Notes under the pieces: model-generated | Databases searched by the model: none | Told to the model about the DNA's origin: nothing | What the model saw: only the letters and a program-made list of their open reading frames with translations | Assembly: GCA_963698895.1 (NCBI GenBank) | Contig: CAVOSO010000005.1 | Span: forward strand, 6,381 to 70,380 | DNA length: 64,000 nucleotides | Origin: an uncultured Gammaproteobacteria bacterium | GTDB lineage: Bacteria > Pseudomonadota > Gammaproteobacteria > Steroidobacterales > Woeseiaceae | Direction: 5' to 3' | Position numbers and translations under genes: made by a program | Shown here: piece after piece, positions 54,666 through 64,000 of the stretch | Position numbering within the stretch: the first letter of the stretch is position 1 | How the letters are laid out: each line of letters begins with the position of its first letter

Positions 54666-57383
54666 ATGAGAACCGTATTTGCCGTATTCGTTCTGTTGTT
54701 CGCGTGCGCGGTCAACGCCACGGACGTCGATATCAACTACAAGAAGTACGTACTGGACAACGGCCTGACGCTGATCGTCCACGAGGACCACAAGGCCCCG
54801 ATTGTGGCCGTGAACGTCTGGTACCACGTGGGCTCCAAGAACGAGAAAGAGGGCAAGACGGGATTCGCGCACCTGTTCGAACACCTGATGTTCAACGGTA
54901 GCGAAAACTTCAACGACGACTGGTTCAAACCCTTCGATCGCGTCGGCGCCACGGGATTGAACGGCACCACGAACTTCGATCGCACCAACTATTTCGAAGT
55001 GGTGCCGAAGAACGCGCTCGATTTCGCGCTATGGATGGAATCCGACCGCATGGGTCACCTGCTCGGGGCGATCGACCAGGACAAGCTCGACGAACAGCGC
55101 GGCGTTGTGCAGAACGAAAAACGCCAGGGTGAAAACCAGCCCTACGGCAAGGTCTTCATCACGGCTTTCCAGAACATCTTCCCCAAAGGCCACCCGTACT
55201 CGTGGTCCGTGATCGGCTACATGGAGGACCTGGAAGCCGCGAGCCTCGAGGATGTCCACGAGTGGTTCAAGCAGTACTACGGCGCCGCCAATGCCGTGAT
55301 CGTCGTGGCGGGCGATGTCGATCCCGAGGACGTCAAGGCACGCGTTGAGCATTTCTTTGGCGCCATTCCGCCCGGCCCGCCGCTCATCAAGCAGGATATC
55401 TGGATCCCCGATCTCGTCGGCACGCACCGCCAGGTCATGCAGGACCGCGTACCACAGGCACGTCTCTACAAGATCTGGATGATGCCGGAACTCGGCAACG
55501 TGGAAGCCGATCATCTCGACCTGGTTGCCGGCATCCTGTCGGAGGGCAAGACCTCCAGGCTCTACAAGCGGCTGGTCCATGACGACCGCATCGCGAGCGA
55601 TGTAACCGCCTTCGCGTTCCCCATGGAAATCGCAGGTCTGTTCGGCGTCATAGCAACGGCCATGCCGGACCAGGACCTGGCCGCTGTCGAAGCGGCGATC
55701 GACGAGGAAGTCGCCCGGTTTCTCGCCGGCGGGCCGACGCGCGATGAGCTGACGCGGATTACGACCCGCCGCAAAGCGGCGTTCGTGCGCGGTGTCGAGC
55801 GGGTCGGCGGTTTCGGCGGCAAGTCCGACGTGCTCGCGACCAATGAAGTCTACCTCGGCGATCCGGGCGCTTATAAAGACACGCTGCGCATCTGGGACAC
55901 GGCTCGCGCGGCCGAACTCACGGCAGCCGCCAACAAGTGGATGGCGCGCGGCCAGTACGTGCTCGAAGTGCAGCCCTACGAGGAGCGCACGGTCGCCGAA
56001 AGCAAAGTGGATCGCTCGCGGCTTCCCGAGGTCGGCGACCCACCGGCGGTTCGCTTCGACACGTTCGAACGCGCGCAGCTCGCCAACGGGCTCAAGATCA
56101 TTCTCGCCCAGCGCGACGCGGTACCCGTCGTCAATATGCGCCTGATCGTCGATGCCGGCTTCGCGGCCGACCAGTTCGGGCTGCCCGGCACCGCATCGCT
56201 TGCGATGAACATGCTGGATGAAGGCACCAAGAACCGCACCGCACTCGAGATCAGCGACGAGCTGGCGAACCTCGGCGCAACACTGGCGACCGGCTCCAAT
56301 CTCGACGTGTCCGTCGTGAGCATGTCCGCGCTCACCGAAAATCTCACCGGCTCGCTGGACCTGTTCGCCGACGTCATCCTGAACCCGATCTTTCCGCAGG
56401 ACGATTTCACGCGTTTACGCGACCAGCAGCTCGCGAGAATTCAGCAGGAGAAGGTGCAGCCTGTAAGCATGGCGATCCGCGTCATTCCCAAGCTGCTTTA
56501 CGGTGAAGGTCACGCGTACAGCCTGCCGATGTCAGGGACCGGTTCGGAGGACTCGGTGAAGTCCCTGGATACGAACGCACTCAAGCGTTTCCATGCGGAC
56601 TGGTTCAAGCCGAACAACGCGACGCTCGTGGTGGTCGGCGACACGAGCCTCGATGTGCTGGTGCCGCAACTCGAGAAGCAGTTCGGCAAATGGAAAGCCG
56701 GCGACACGCCGCAGAAGAATATCGGCCAGGTGGCGCACCGGTCGGCATCCACCGTGTACCTCGTTGACCGCCCGGACTCCGAGCAGTCGCTGATCCTGGC
56801 AGGCCACGTCGCCCCGCCCAAAGGCGCCGAGAACGACATCGCGATCGAGGCGATGAACGAAGTGCTCGGCGGCAGTTTTGCGGCGCGCATGAACATGAAC
56901 CTGCGCGAAGACAAGCATTGGGCGTACGGTGCAAACAGCGGGCTCATGGACGCCAAGGGACAGCGGCCGTTCTACGTGTATGCGCCCGTGCAGACCGACA
57001 AGACGGCGCCGGCCATGGCCGAGATCCTGAAGGAAGTCACGCAGATTCGCGGTGACCGTCCGCCAACCGCCGACGAAGTCGCGAGAGCCAAGGACAAGAA
57101 CACGCTGACGCTCGCAGGGCGCTGGGAGACGGCGAATGCCGTCGCCAACTCCCTGGCCGAGATGGTGCGCTACGACCTGCCCGAGAACTACTGGGACGAG
57201 TACCCGGACATGGTGCGGTCGCTGTCGGACAAGCAGATCCTGGACGCCGCCGTCGAGGTCGTGCGGCCTGACAACATGGTCTGGGTCGTGGTCGGCGATC
57301 GCGCGAAGATCGAGGAGGAAATCCAGGGCCTCGAGATCGGCGATATCGTGCACATGGACGCGGATGGCAACGTGCTGGACTGA
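54666..57383 (+). CDS. M16-family (pitrilysin/insulinase-like) zinc peptidase, double-length
   Basis: Signal peptide. Inverted zinc motif GFAHLFEHLMFNGSEN (HxxEH). 905 aa, consistent with fused active and inactive halves. Confidence 0.9.
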   Translation: MRTVFAVFVLLFACAVNATDVDINYKKYVLDNGLTLIVHEDHKAPIVAVNVWYHVGSKNEKEGKTGFAHLFEHLMFNGSENFNDDWFKPFDRVGATGLNGTTNFDRTNYFEVVPKNALDFALWMESDRMGHLLGAIDQDKLDEQRGVVQNEKRQGENQPYGKVFITAFQNIFPKGHPYSWSVIGYMEDLEAASLEDVHEWFKQYYGAANAVIVVAGDVDPEDVKARVEHFFGAIPPGPPLIKQDIWIPDLVGTHRQVMQDRVPQARLYKIWMMPELGNVEADHLDLVAGILSEGKTSRLYKRLVHDDRIASDVTAFAFPMEIAGLFGVIATAMPDQDLAAVEAAIDEEVARFLAGGPTRDELTRITTRRKAAFVRGVERVGGFGGKSDVLATNEVYLGDPGAYKDTLRIWDTARAAELTAAANKWMARGQYVLEVQPYEERTVAESKVDRSRLPEVGDPPAVRFDTFERAQLANGLKIILAQRDAVPVVNMRLIVDAGFAADQFGLPGTASLAMNMLDEGTKNRTALEISDELANLGATLATGSNLDVSVVSMSALTENLTGSLDLFADVILNPIFPQDDFTRLRDQQLARIQQEKVQPVSMAIRVIPKLLYGEGHAYSLPMSGTGSEDSVKSLDTNALKRFHADWFKPNNATLVVVGDTSLDVLVPQLEKQFGKWKAGDTPQKNIGQVAHRSASTVYLVDRPDSEQSLILAGHVAPPKGAENDIAIEAMNEVLGGSFAARMNMNLREDKHWAYGANSGLMDAKGQRPFYVYAPVQTDKTAPAMAEILKEVTQIRGDRPPTADEVARAKDKNTLTLAGRWETANAVANSLAEMVRYDLPENYWDEYPDMVRSLSDKQILDAAVEVVRPDNMVWVVVGDRAKIEEEIQGLEIGDIVHMDADGNVLD

Positions 57384-57436
57384 TTTTTGGGGGCAGGACG
57401 GCCACGATATAGGCCTTTTCGACGACTTTCGTTAAT

Positions 57437-57485
57437 TATCGATGAAAACACCGATTTGTTTACATTATCGGTGTTTTCATCTATA
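57437..57485. promoter_or_regulatory. 19-bp near-perfect inverted repeat (TATCGATGAAAACACCGAT-N11-ATCGGTGTTTTCATCTATA)
   Basis: 18 of 19 positions are complementary. It sits between the M16 stop (57383) and the satD-like start (57523). It could be an operator or a bidirectional terminator. Confidence 0.5.
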
Positions 57486-57522
57486 GTTAGGACTGCGACA
57501 CCGCGCTCCAGGAGGAGGCCGT

Positions 57523-58164
57523 ATGGGTACGTATGCCGTGCTGACCGGGGATATCGTGAAGTCGCGTGACATCTCGCCGAGGTCACGCCTGCTCGCGGTA
57601 TTGAAGGAGGCGCTCGACACCGCGAAGGAGCACTACGCGGCCGACTACGACCTCTATCGCGGTGACAGCTTCCAGGTCGTCGTCCCCTCCGCGCCTGCGG
57701 CCGCGCTCGTGGCCATCGTCATCCGGTCGAAGCTGAAATCGCAGGCCCGCAGGGCCAGTGAGACCTGGGACGCGAGAATCTCGGTCGGCATCGGCGAGAT
57801 CACTTACCATGGGGAGGATATTTCACAGTCCGACGGCCCGGCGTTCCTGTTGTCGGGCCAGGGCATGGACGAGTTGAACAAGACGCACAGGCGACTGATC
57901 ATCAAGACGCCGTGGGACGAAGCAGACCGGTCGCTGGCGTTGCTTACGCGCTTCGCGGACGACATTGTCAGTAACTGGACCGGGTACTCCGCGGAGACGG
58001 CTTTCTACAGCCTGCTCTACAATGAGTCGCAGAGTGCCATGGCGAGGCGGCTGGGCAAGAGCCAGTCGACGATCAACAACCGCATGGCGACGGCCAAGCT
58101 GGATCTCGTAAGAGCGTACATCCAGCACGTGACGGAGCATATCGAATGGCGGACACGGGCATGA
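57523..58164 (+). CDS. SatD-family protein
   Basis: The N-terminus MGTYAVLTGDIVKSRDIS...YRGDSFQVVV matches the SatD pattern. It sits in the usual position upstream of a DUF3307 membrane protein. Confidence 0.65.
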   Translation: MGTYAVLTGDIVKSRDISPRSRLLAVLKEALDTAKEHYAADYDLYRGDSFQVVVPSAPAAALVAIVIRSKLKSQARRASETWDARISVGIGEITYHGEDISQSDGPAFLLSGQGMDELNKTHRRLIIKTPWDEADRSLALLTRFADDIVSNWTGYSAETAFYSLLYNESQSAMARRLGKSQSTINNRMATAKLDLVRAYIQHVTEHIEWRTRA

Positions 58165-58898
58165 GCGGAATACCCTTACTGTTGCTGCTGTTCCTGGCGC
58201 ACGTCCTGGGCGATTTTATTTTGCAGCGCGCGGCCTGGGTAGACGAGCGCTACGAAAAGCACTACCGGTCGAAACGGCTGTACGCCCACGCGGTAATTCA
58301 TGCCGTCCTGCCGCTCGCGGTTCTGTGGTGGCTTTTCGGGCCGTCGTGGAAAGTGCTGGGTATCGCCGCCCTCATCGGCACGACCCATTTCGTCATCGAC
58401 CTGCTCAAGTCCTACACGCCACCGGGACGCATGAGCTGGTTCGTTATCGATCAACTGCTGCACCTGCTGGTTCTCGGCCTGGCCTGGCTGTGGGCGACAG
58501 ACCAGTGGAGCCTGTTGGCCGACCTGCGCACGCTGGCAACGAACGAAGATGTGCTGCTGGTTCTCATCGGCTACGTCGTCGTCATCTGGCCGTTCTCCAT
58601 CGTCATCGAGCTGATCTGCAGGACCTGGGCGAAAGACACCCTGGACATCGGCTCGCTCGCGAACGCGGGCAAACGGATCGGCCAGCTCGAACGCTTCCTC
58701 GTGTTGACGTTTATTCTCGTCGACCAGTTTGCCGCCATCGGCTTTTTGCTCGCGGCCAAGTCCATCCTGCGTTTCGGTGACACGAAAGAGGCGAACCACA
58801 GGAAGATAAACGAGTACATCCTGGTGGGGACGATGACGAGTTTCGCGATCACGATCGCGTTCGGGCTGGTGATCAGGGCGCTGATCCTCGCGACTTGA
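58146..58898 (+). CDS. DUF3307-like integral membrane protein
   Basis: LLLLFLAHVLGDFILQ and later HFVIDLLK. Polytopic. Overlaps the satD-like stop. Confidence 0.65.
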   Translation: MADTGMSGIPLLLLLFLAHVLGDFILQRAAWVDERYEKHYRSKRLYAHAVIHAVLPLAVLWWLFGPSWKVLGIAALIGTTHFVIDLLKSYTPPGRMSWFVIDQLLHLLVLGLAWLWATDQWSLLADLRTLATNEDVLLVLIGYVVVIWPFSIVIELICRTWAKDTLDIGSLANAGKRIGQLERFLVLTFILVDQFAAIGFLLAAKSILRFGDTKEANHRKINEYILVGTMTSFAITIAFGLVIRALILAT

Positions 58899-58911
58899 TC
58901 CCGTCTTTTGC

Positions 58912-59476
58912 ATGCCAAGGCTGGATGACTTAAGCGATGCGGAACTGGTCGACCTGTGCAACACAGGCGATCGCAGCGATGCCATTGCGGCCTTCGAGAC
59001 GCTCTACGCACGTCACAAGGACTATGTGGTACGCGTTGCGTTTCGTTACGTGGGCGATGCCGACCTCGCGCTCGACGTCTTGCAGGACACGTTCAGCTAT
59101 CTCCTCGGGAAGTTCCCACCGCCCGGTGAGGGGCTAAGACTCGATGCCCAACTGCGGACGCTTCTCTATGTCGTTGCGAAGAACAACGCGATCTCGTTAC
59201 TCCGCAAGGGGAGCAAGGCCGACTCCGGTGGCGACATTGACCCGGACGACGTTGCCGGCGCCCGGCTACCGGGACTCGAGCGACCTGACGGCATTGCTAC
59301 GCGGCCTTACCCCGGGTCAGCGCGAGATCATCACGCTGCGGTTTATCGACGACCATTCCCTGCAGGCCATCGGCGAGATCCTCGACATCCCGCTCGGCAC
59401 CGTGAAATCCCGGCTCCACAAGGCTGTCGAGGCGATGCGTAAGCTGCCGAGCGTCAAAGACTTTTTCGAAAAATGA
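58912..59476 (+). pseudogene. ECF-type sigma factor split by a frameshift between regions 2 and 4 (about 59240-59290)
   Basis: ORF 58912... carries FETLYARHKDYVVRVAFRYVGDADLALDVLQDTF...LLYVVAKNNAISLLR. ORF ...59476, in another frame, carries LTPGQREIITLRFIDDHSLQAIGEILDIPLGTVKSRLHKA. Confidence 0.7.
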
Positions 59477-59522
59477 ACCTTTCGGGCGGCTGCTGCGCTT
59501 AATACTCAAGGAGCGCAGCACT

Positions 59523-59924
59523 ATGCACGAAGAAGACAACCTCGAAGGACTGCCCGACGAGCTCGTCGCCGAACTCAAAACGGCGGACAAGCCCGGCCCG
59601 CTGATCACAGCCAAGGTCGACCGGTCGATAGCAAACCTCGCACGCGAGCAATTTGCGGCCCGGCCCGAACGGCGGCGCCGCGTTGCACCCGCATGGTATG
59701 CCGTCGCCGCCACGGTGGTGCTTGCCGTGCTCGTACTGCCGTTCAGCAACCGGCTGGGAACGGATGACGGCGCGCTTTATGCCGACGTCGACCACTCGGG
59801 CCAGATCGATATCGCCGATGTCCTGACCCTGGCACGCCGCAGCGACGGCAAGGTGTCCCAGGCTGAACTCGACGCCTTCGCCATGAAAGTTGTATCACTG
59901 ACCGACACGGGAGACGCGTCGTGA
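59523..59924 (+). CDS. putative anti-sigma factor with C-terminal dockerin/EF-hand-like motif
   Basis: Lies downstream of the sigma gene. One TM segment (WYAVAATVVLAVLVLPF). DVDHSGQIDIADVLTLAR resembles a single dockerin-type calcium-binding repeat. Confidence 0.5.
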   Translation: MHEEDNLEGLPDELVAELKTADKPGPLITAKVDRSIANLAREQFAARPERRRRVAPAWYAVAATVVLAVLVLPFSNRLGTDDGALYADVDHSGQIDIADVLTLARRSDGKVSQAELDAFAMKVVSLTDTGDAS

Positions 59925-60373
59925 ACCGCTGGCTACGCGTCATCGCGCTACTGATGCTGTTCACCGCATCGTCGGCACTGGCCGACGCGCCGATCCGGTT
60001 TGCAACCGTCGATGTGTACATCGACGCCGCCGAACCGATGGCCGCATGGCAGCTCGAGTTCTTTGCGGTAAGCGGCAGGATGCAGGTGGTCGGCGTCGAG
60101 AACGGTGACAGCACGGCATTTGACGGCGCGCCCTACTACGACCGCGAAGCCGTGGAGAACGGCAGAGCGGATCGCATCGTCGTCGCCGACTATACGCTCG
60201 CCGACCAGGACGAGCTGCCCAGCGGCCGGGTGCGCGTCACGACGCTGCACCTGATGCTGTCCGGCGACGCAGCACCGGAGTTCAATACGCGGCTGATCGT
60301 CGCATCGACTTACCAGGGAAAGAGAATGAACGCAGGGATCAGTTTCGAGATCGCTGAAGGGAGCAAGCAATGA
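59921..60373 (+). CDS. secreted hypothetical protein
   Basis: Signal peptide MNRWLRVIALLMLFTASSALA. Start and stop overlap both neighbours by 4 nt. Confidence 0.5.
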   Translation: MNRWLRVIALLMLFTASSALADAPIRFATVDVYIDAAEPMAAWQLEFFAVSGRMQVVGVENGDSTAFDGAPYYDREAVENGRADRIVVADYTLADQDELPSGRVRVTTLHLMLSGDAAPEFNTRLIVASTYQGKRMNAGISFEIAEGSKQ

Positions 60374-62556
60374 TCAAGATGAACCGTACATGGATCAGTC
60401 GACTGGCCGTACTCGTGGCTACCGCGGGATTGGTTGTGGGCTGCGCAATGGAAACGATGCCCGATTCCCCGCCGGAGCCCCAGCCGGAGCGTGATGGCGA
60501 CCGGAGTGCGGACGCCGCAGTCGAAGAAATCGTGGTTACCGGGACGAAACGAGCCGAGCGCGGGCGCCTGGGCCGCGAGAGCAGAGCCAGGACGGAGAGT
60601 GCCGCAGGTCACGCCTGGGTTGGCTTTAGGTCCGACTCGCAAGTTGACGAAGCCCTCCCCTACGCGGGCGACGAGGAAATCTGGGTCATCCAGAAACCGG
60701 CCGCCACCGACGAGCCGGGATCCGACGAGCCGGGCACCGGCTCGATGGTTGCCACCGTTAATGCGAAAGAGGTGCCACTGCCGCTGCAGCACACCGCTGT
60801 CAAAGCACAGATCGACGGCTACATCAGCACGGTCAACGTCCGGCAGGCATTCACCAATCCTTTCGACAGCAAGATCGAAGCGGTCTACCTGTTCCCGCTG
60901 CCCGAGAAAGCCGCCGTCAGCGAGTTCCTGATGATCATTGGTGAAAGAAAGATTCGCGGCATCCTGCGGGAGAAGGAAGAAGCGAAGGAGATCTACGAGG
61001 CCGCGCGTTCGCAAGGCTACCGGGCGAGCCTCATGGTCCAGCATCGCCCGAACATCTTCGAGCAGAAGGTCGCGAACATCGAGCCCGGCAAGTCGATCGA
61101 CGTCGACATCAAGTATTTCCATACGCTCAGCTACAACGACGGCTGGTATTCGTTCGTGTTCCCGACCGTGGTCGGCCCGCGTTACAACCCGCCCGGGCAC
61201 AGCGACCCGATCAAGGCGCTGCCGCGCCAGGACACCACGACGCAGGATACGGGCGTGCGCTACCTGCGGCCCGACGAACGTTCGGGGCATGACATCAGCA
61301 TCGACGTCACGATCAACGCGGGCGTGGACATCGAGGAGCTGCGCTCGACGCACAAGATCGTGGCGACACAAGACGACGAGCAATCCGCCTCGGTACAGCT
61401 CGCGGCCGGCTCGACAATTCCGAACAAGGATTTCATCCTCGACTTCCGCGTCGCGGGCGACACGATGAAGTCCGACCTCCTGACCTACGTGGACCCGGCG
61501 ACGCAGCAGGGCTACTTCACGTTGATGCTGTACCCGCCGGACGCCACGGACGACCTGGAACGCCGCAACATGGAACTCGTGTTTGTCATCGACGCGTCCG
61601 GATCGATGCACGGCACGCCACTCGCACAGGCGAAGGACGCCGTGCTCGCGGCACTCGATCACCTGCAGGAAGGCGATACGTTCCAGATCATCCGCTTCTC
61701 GGACAACGCCAGCCAGTTCGGTCGCAAGCCGGTACCGGCGAACAGGGCAAACATCGAGCACGCGCGGCGTTACCTCGCGAACCTCAACGGCGGTGGCGGC
61801 ACGCAAATGATCGAGGGCGTGAAGGCGGCGCTCGACTTTCCGCACGACCCGGCGCGGCTGCGTTTCGTCTCGTTCCTGACTGACGGCTACATCGGCAACG
61901 AGATCGAGATCCTGGGCGAAGTGCACAAGCGCATCGGCGCGAGCCGCATCTTCAGCTTTGGCGTGGGCTCGTCGGTTAACCGCTATCTCATGGAACGCAT
62001 GGCCAGGATCGGCAAGGGCGCCGTGGCCTATCTCGGTCCGCAGGACTCCGGGTACGAGATCATGGACGGCTTCTTCAAGCGCATCAGCCACCCGGCGCTG
62101 ACCGATGTACGCATCGACTGGCAGGGCATGGCGGTCAGCGACGTCTACCCGTCCGTGTTGCCCGATGTCTTCGTTGGGCGACCGATCGTTGTGACCGGCA
62201 AGTACTTAGGACCCGCCAATGACGTGAGAGTGCTCGGACGCCAGGGCAACGCCGACCACAGCGTTGTCATCGAAAACAGCAATGACACGAGCAGCGCACC
62301 CCAGCTCGCCAAGACCTGGGCACGCATGCGCATTGCCGAGCTCGCGGACCGCAAGACCTGGAGTGCCGATCCCTACGATGAGATCGGCGAAGAGATCAAG
62401 GCCACGGCGTTGCAGCATCAATTGATGTCGGACTACACGTCGTTTGTTGCCGTGGACACCTCGGAACGCACCGAGGGCGACTACGGCACCACCGTGCACC
62501 AGGCCGTGCCGGTGCCGGATGGCGTGCGCTACGAAACCACCGTCGAAGAAGACTAG
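60370..62556 (+). CDS. VIT plus von Willebrand factor A domain protein, lipoprotein-like
   Basis: LVVGCA lipobox. VIT region: LQHTAVKAQIDGYISTVNVRQAFTNP...VYLFPLPEKAAV. vWA MIDAS: VFVIDASGSMHG. Confidence 0.85.
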   Translation: MIKMNRTWISRLAVLVATAGLVVGCAMETMPDSPPEPQPERDGDRSADAAVEEIVVTGTKRAERGRLGRESRARTESAAGHAWVGFRSDSQVDEALPYAGDEEIWVIQKPAATDEPGSDEPGTGSMVATVNAKEVPLPLQHTAVKAQIDGYISTVNVRQAFTNPFDSKIEAVYLFPLPEKAAVSEFLMIIGERKIRGILREKEEAKEIYEAARSQGYRASLMVQHRPNIFEQKVANIEPGKSIDVDIKYFHTLSYNDGWYSFVFPTVVGPRYNPPGHSDPIKALPRQDTTTQDTGVRYLRPDERSGHDISIDVTINAGVDIEELRSTHKIVATQDDEQSASVQLAAGSTIPNKDFILDFRVAGDTMKSDLLTYVDPATQQGYFTLMLYPPDATDDLERRNMELVFVIDASGSMHGTPLAQAKDAVLAALDHLQEGDTFQIIRFSDNASQFGRKPVPANRANIEHARRYLANLNGGGGTQMIEGVKAALDFPHDPARLRFVSFLTDGYIGNEIEILGEVHKRIGASRIFSFGVGSSVNRYLMERMARIGKGAVAYLGPQDSGYEIMDGFFKRISHPALTDVRIDWQGMAVSDVYPSVLPDVFVGRPIVVTGKYLGPANDVRVLGRQGNADHSVVIENSNDTSSAPQLAKTWARMRIAELADRKTWSADPYDEIGEEIKATALQHQLMSDYTSFVAVDTSERTEGDYGTTVHQAVPVPDGVRYETTVEED

Positions 62557-62565
62557 GGAGCTGTA

Positions 62566-63393
62566 ATGAACAAAAGGATGACATGGGTAACGTTTCTATT
62601 CGCATTGGTGCTGGTCACAGGCTGCGGCACGCACTACGTGACGCCGGGCGGCGGCTTCTCGATGGGCGCAATCGCGGGAATTGACGAACAGATCGACGGC
62701 GACATCAGCAAGCACTTTGAGACCAGGCCTGCGGCAGCGTTTCCCGCCCACATCGCGGTGGTGCGCATCCAGGATTCGGGCTATCGGACCAAAACGCAGC
62801 ATGGCTACGGGCATGGCCGCTACTCCGTGGTCACAACGCGGGACATCGAAACGGACGAAGCGTTCGAGCGGCTGCAGAAGCTGCCCGACGTCAATGGCGT
62901 GGCACCGATCGGACGCATGCTCGTACCCGTGAACGCCAACTCCATCAAGGACCTGCGCATGCCCGCCGCCAGGCTGCATGCGGACATGGTGCTCGTTTAC
63001 TCGGTCGATACGTCCCTGTATGTCGACGGCAAGCAGCTCGGACCGTTGTCCATGATCTCCCTGGGGTTGATTCCCAACAAGAAGGCACACGTCACGGCCA
63101 CCGTCGCCGGCATGCTGGTCGATGTGCGTACGGGATATATCTACGGCACAACGGAGGCCTCGGATACGCAGGAGCAACGCACGACGGTCTGGGCGACCGA
63201 GATGGCGATCGAGAAAGCGCGCGCCAGGGCAGAAACGAATGCGTTTGCGGGGTTTGTCGGGGAGTTTGAGGAGATGTGGGGTGATGTTGTGGGTGTCTAC
63301 AAGGACGGGCCGGTGGCGCAGCTTGGCGATGACCTTCCTCGGAACCGGTACTACACCATTCAGCTGGAAAGCAGGCCGACCAAGAACCAGTAA
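62566..63393 (+). CDS. lipoprotein, unknown function
   Basis: FLFALVLVTGCG is a lipobox. 275 aa. Follows the VIT-vWA gene by 9 nt. Confidence 0.6.
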   Translation: MNKRMTWVTFLFALVLVTGCGTHYVTPGGGFSMGAIAGIDEQIDGDISKHFETRPAAAFPAHIAVVRIQDSGYRTKTQHGYGHGRYSVVTTRDIETDEAFERLQKLPDVNGVAPIGRMLVPVNANSIKDLRMPAARLHADMVLVYSVDTSLYVDGKQLGPLSMISLGLIPNKKAHVTATVAGMLVDVRTGYIYGTTEASDTQEQRTTVWATEMAIEKARARAETNAFAGFVGEFEEMWGDVVGVYKDGPVAQLGDDLPRNRYYTIQLESRPTKNQ

Positions 63394-63498
63394 TGGAAAA
63401 GCGAACCCTCTACATATGGGAATCTTGTGCTAATGTTGCGACCTGTTTGGGGGCCGCAGGGAGCGGCGGTAAATACTCGATTGCTTGGGAGAGATAGC

Positions 63499-64000
63499 AT
63501 GAGGATAAGAAAGAGCACTCTATTCACCTGTCTTGGCGCGGTAGCCATTGCCGCCACGGGACTCACCAGTACGGCAGCGTACGCGCAGAACGAAAACGCC
63601 GCGCGGCGCCAGGCTGTCATCGACTACTGGACCGCCGAGCGCCGTGCCGCCGCGGAACCGCGCGATCTTCGCATCGACCATCGGGGCCTGGGCTACCTGC
63701 GCCGCGCCGACGGCTCGCTGACGCCGTACGGGCACCAGGTAGCGGCGGCCAACAACGGCAGGCCGACGACCAACGCCAAGCCGGTCGACGATACCGAGCC
63801 GCCGCAGATCTCGAATCTGGATCCGGCCGCCAACGACACGATCGGCGATTCCCATACGTTTTCTGCGACCGTTACCGACAACGTGGGCTTGCGCTCGGTG
63901 ACCTTCATCATCACGTTTCCCTCCGGTACGACAGACAGCTTCGCGGCATCGAATACGGGCGGAGATACCTGGTCAGCGACGCTGTCCGGCTTTACCGACG
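63499..64000 (+). CDS. secreted protein, 3'-partial (runs off the window)
   Basis: Not in the ORF track because no stop is reached. GGGAGAG lies before the ATG at 63499. My translation is MRIRKSTLFTCLGAVAIAATGLTSTAAYAQ...TEPPQISNLDPAANDTIGDSHTFSATVTDNVGLRSVTF, with Ig-like-domain flavour. Confidence 0.5.
   Translation, partial: MRIRKSTLFTCLGAVAIAATGLTSTAAYAQNENAARRQAVIDYWTAERRAAAEPRDLRIDHRGLGYLRRADGSLTPYGHQVAAANNGRPTTNAKPVDDTEPPQISNLDPAANDTIGDSHTFSATVTDNVGLRSVTFIITFPSGTTDSFAASNTGGDTWSATLSGFTD

Noticed and set aside
60310-62091. 593-aa minus-strand ORF
   Set aside because: It is antisense to the VIT-vWA gene, which has clear domain motifs. Its composition (R/A/V/D/H-rich, no motifs) is that of a shadow ORF in GC-rich DNA.

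Overview
This 64-kb window comes from a GC-rich Gram-negative chromosome that looks gammaproteobacterial and possibly marine. All calls rest on motif recognition in the supplied translations and on reading the DNA by eye. No homology search, covariance model or GC calculation was run.

Left ~23.7 kb: mosaic accessory region, visibly lower and patchier in GC.
- A small tyrosine recombinase broken by two frame changes.
- A UvrD-type helicase whose reading frame carries an in-frame TGA two codons before the Walker A motif.
- Three nuclease-like genes: a possible PD-(D/E)xK protein, a NERD plus zinc-finger protein, and a CoiA-like protein. They are separated by a reiterated intergenic element.
- A decayed two-gene operon (CrtI-like oxidoreductase and MBL hydrolase).
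- One frameshifted IS110/IS1111-type element, plus a multiply deleted relic of the same IS.

Most interesting feature: a ~6-kb block (12.3-18.7 kb) of small lipoprotein, secreted and membrane genes.
- Its plus-strand transcription units sit behind a reiterated 18-nt promoter box, GTACATCCCAGAATTGAC.
- Three of those units carry GEMM-I (c-di-GMP-I) riboswitch-like leaders with compensatory stem changes.
- Most boxes are paired with a conserved divergent micro-ORF or structured module.

Right ~40 kb: core-like, dense and GC-rich.
- An ECF sigma/anti-sigma operon with a zinc metalloprotease, then pssA, an M48 protease, a BON-LysM protein and a Na/Pi transporter.
- A LolA-like/FtsX/ABC/outer-membrane cluster.
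- A divergent LysR-azoR-pirin unit and an ExeM/NucH nuclease.
- M64 (frameshifted) and M16 peptidases, and a SatD/DUF3307 pair.
- A frameshifted ECF sigma upstream of a VIT-vWA protein.

No rRNA, tRNA or CRISPR array was found.
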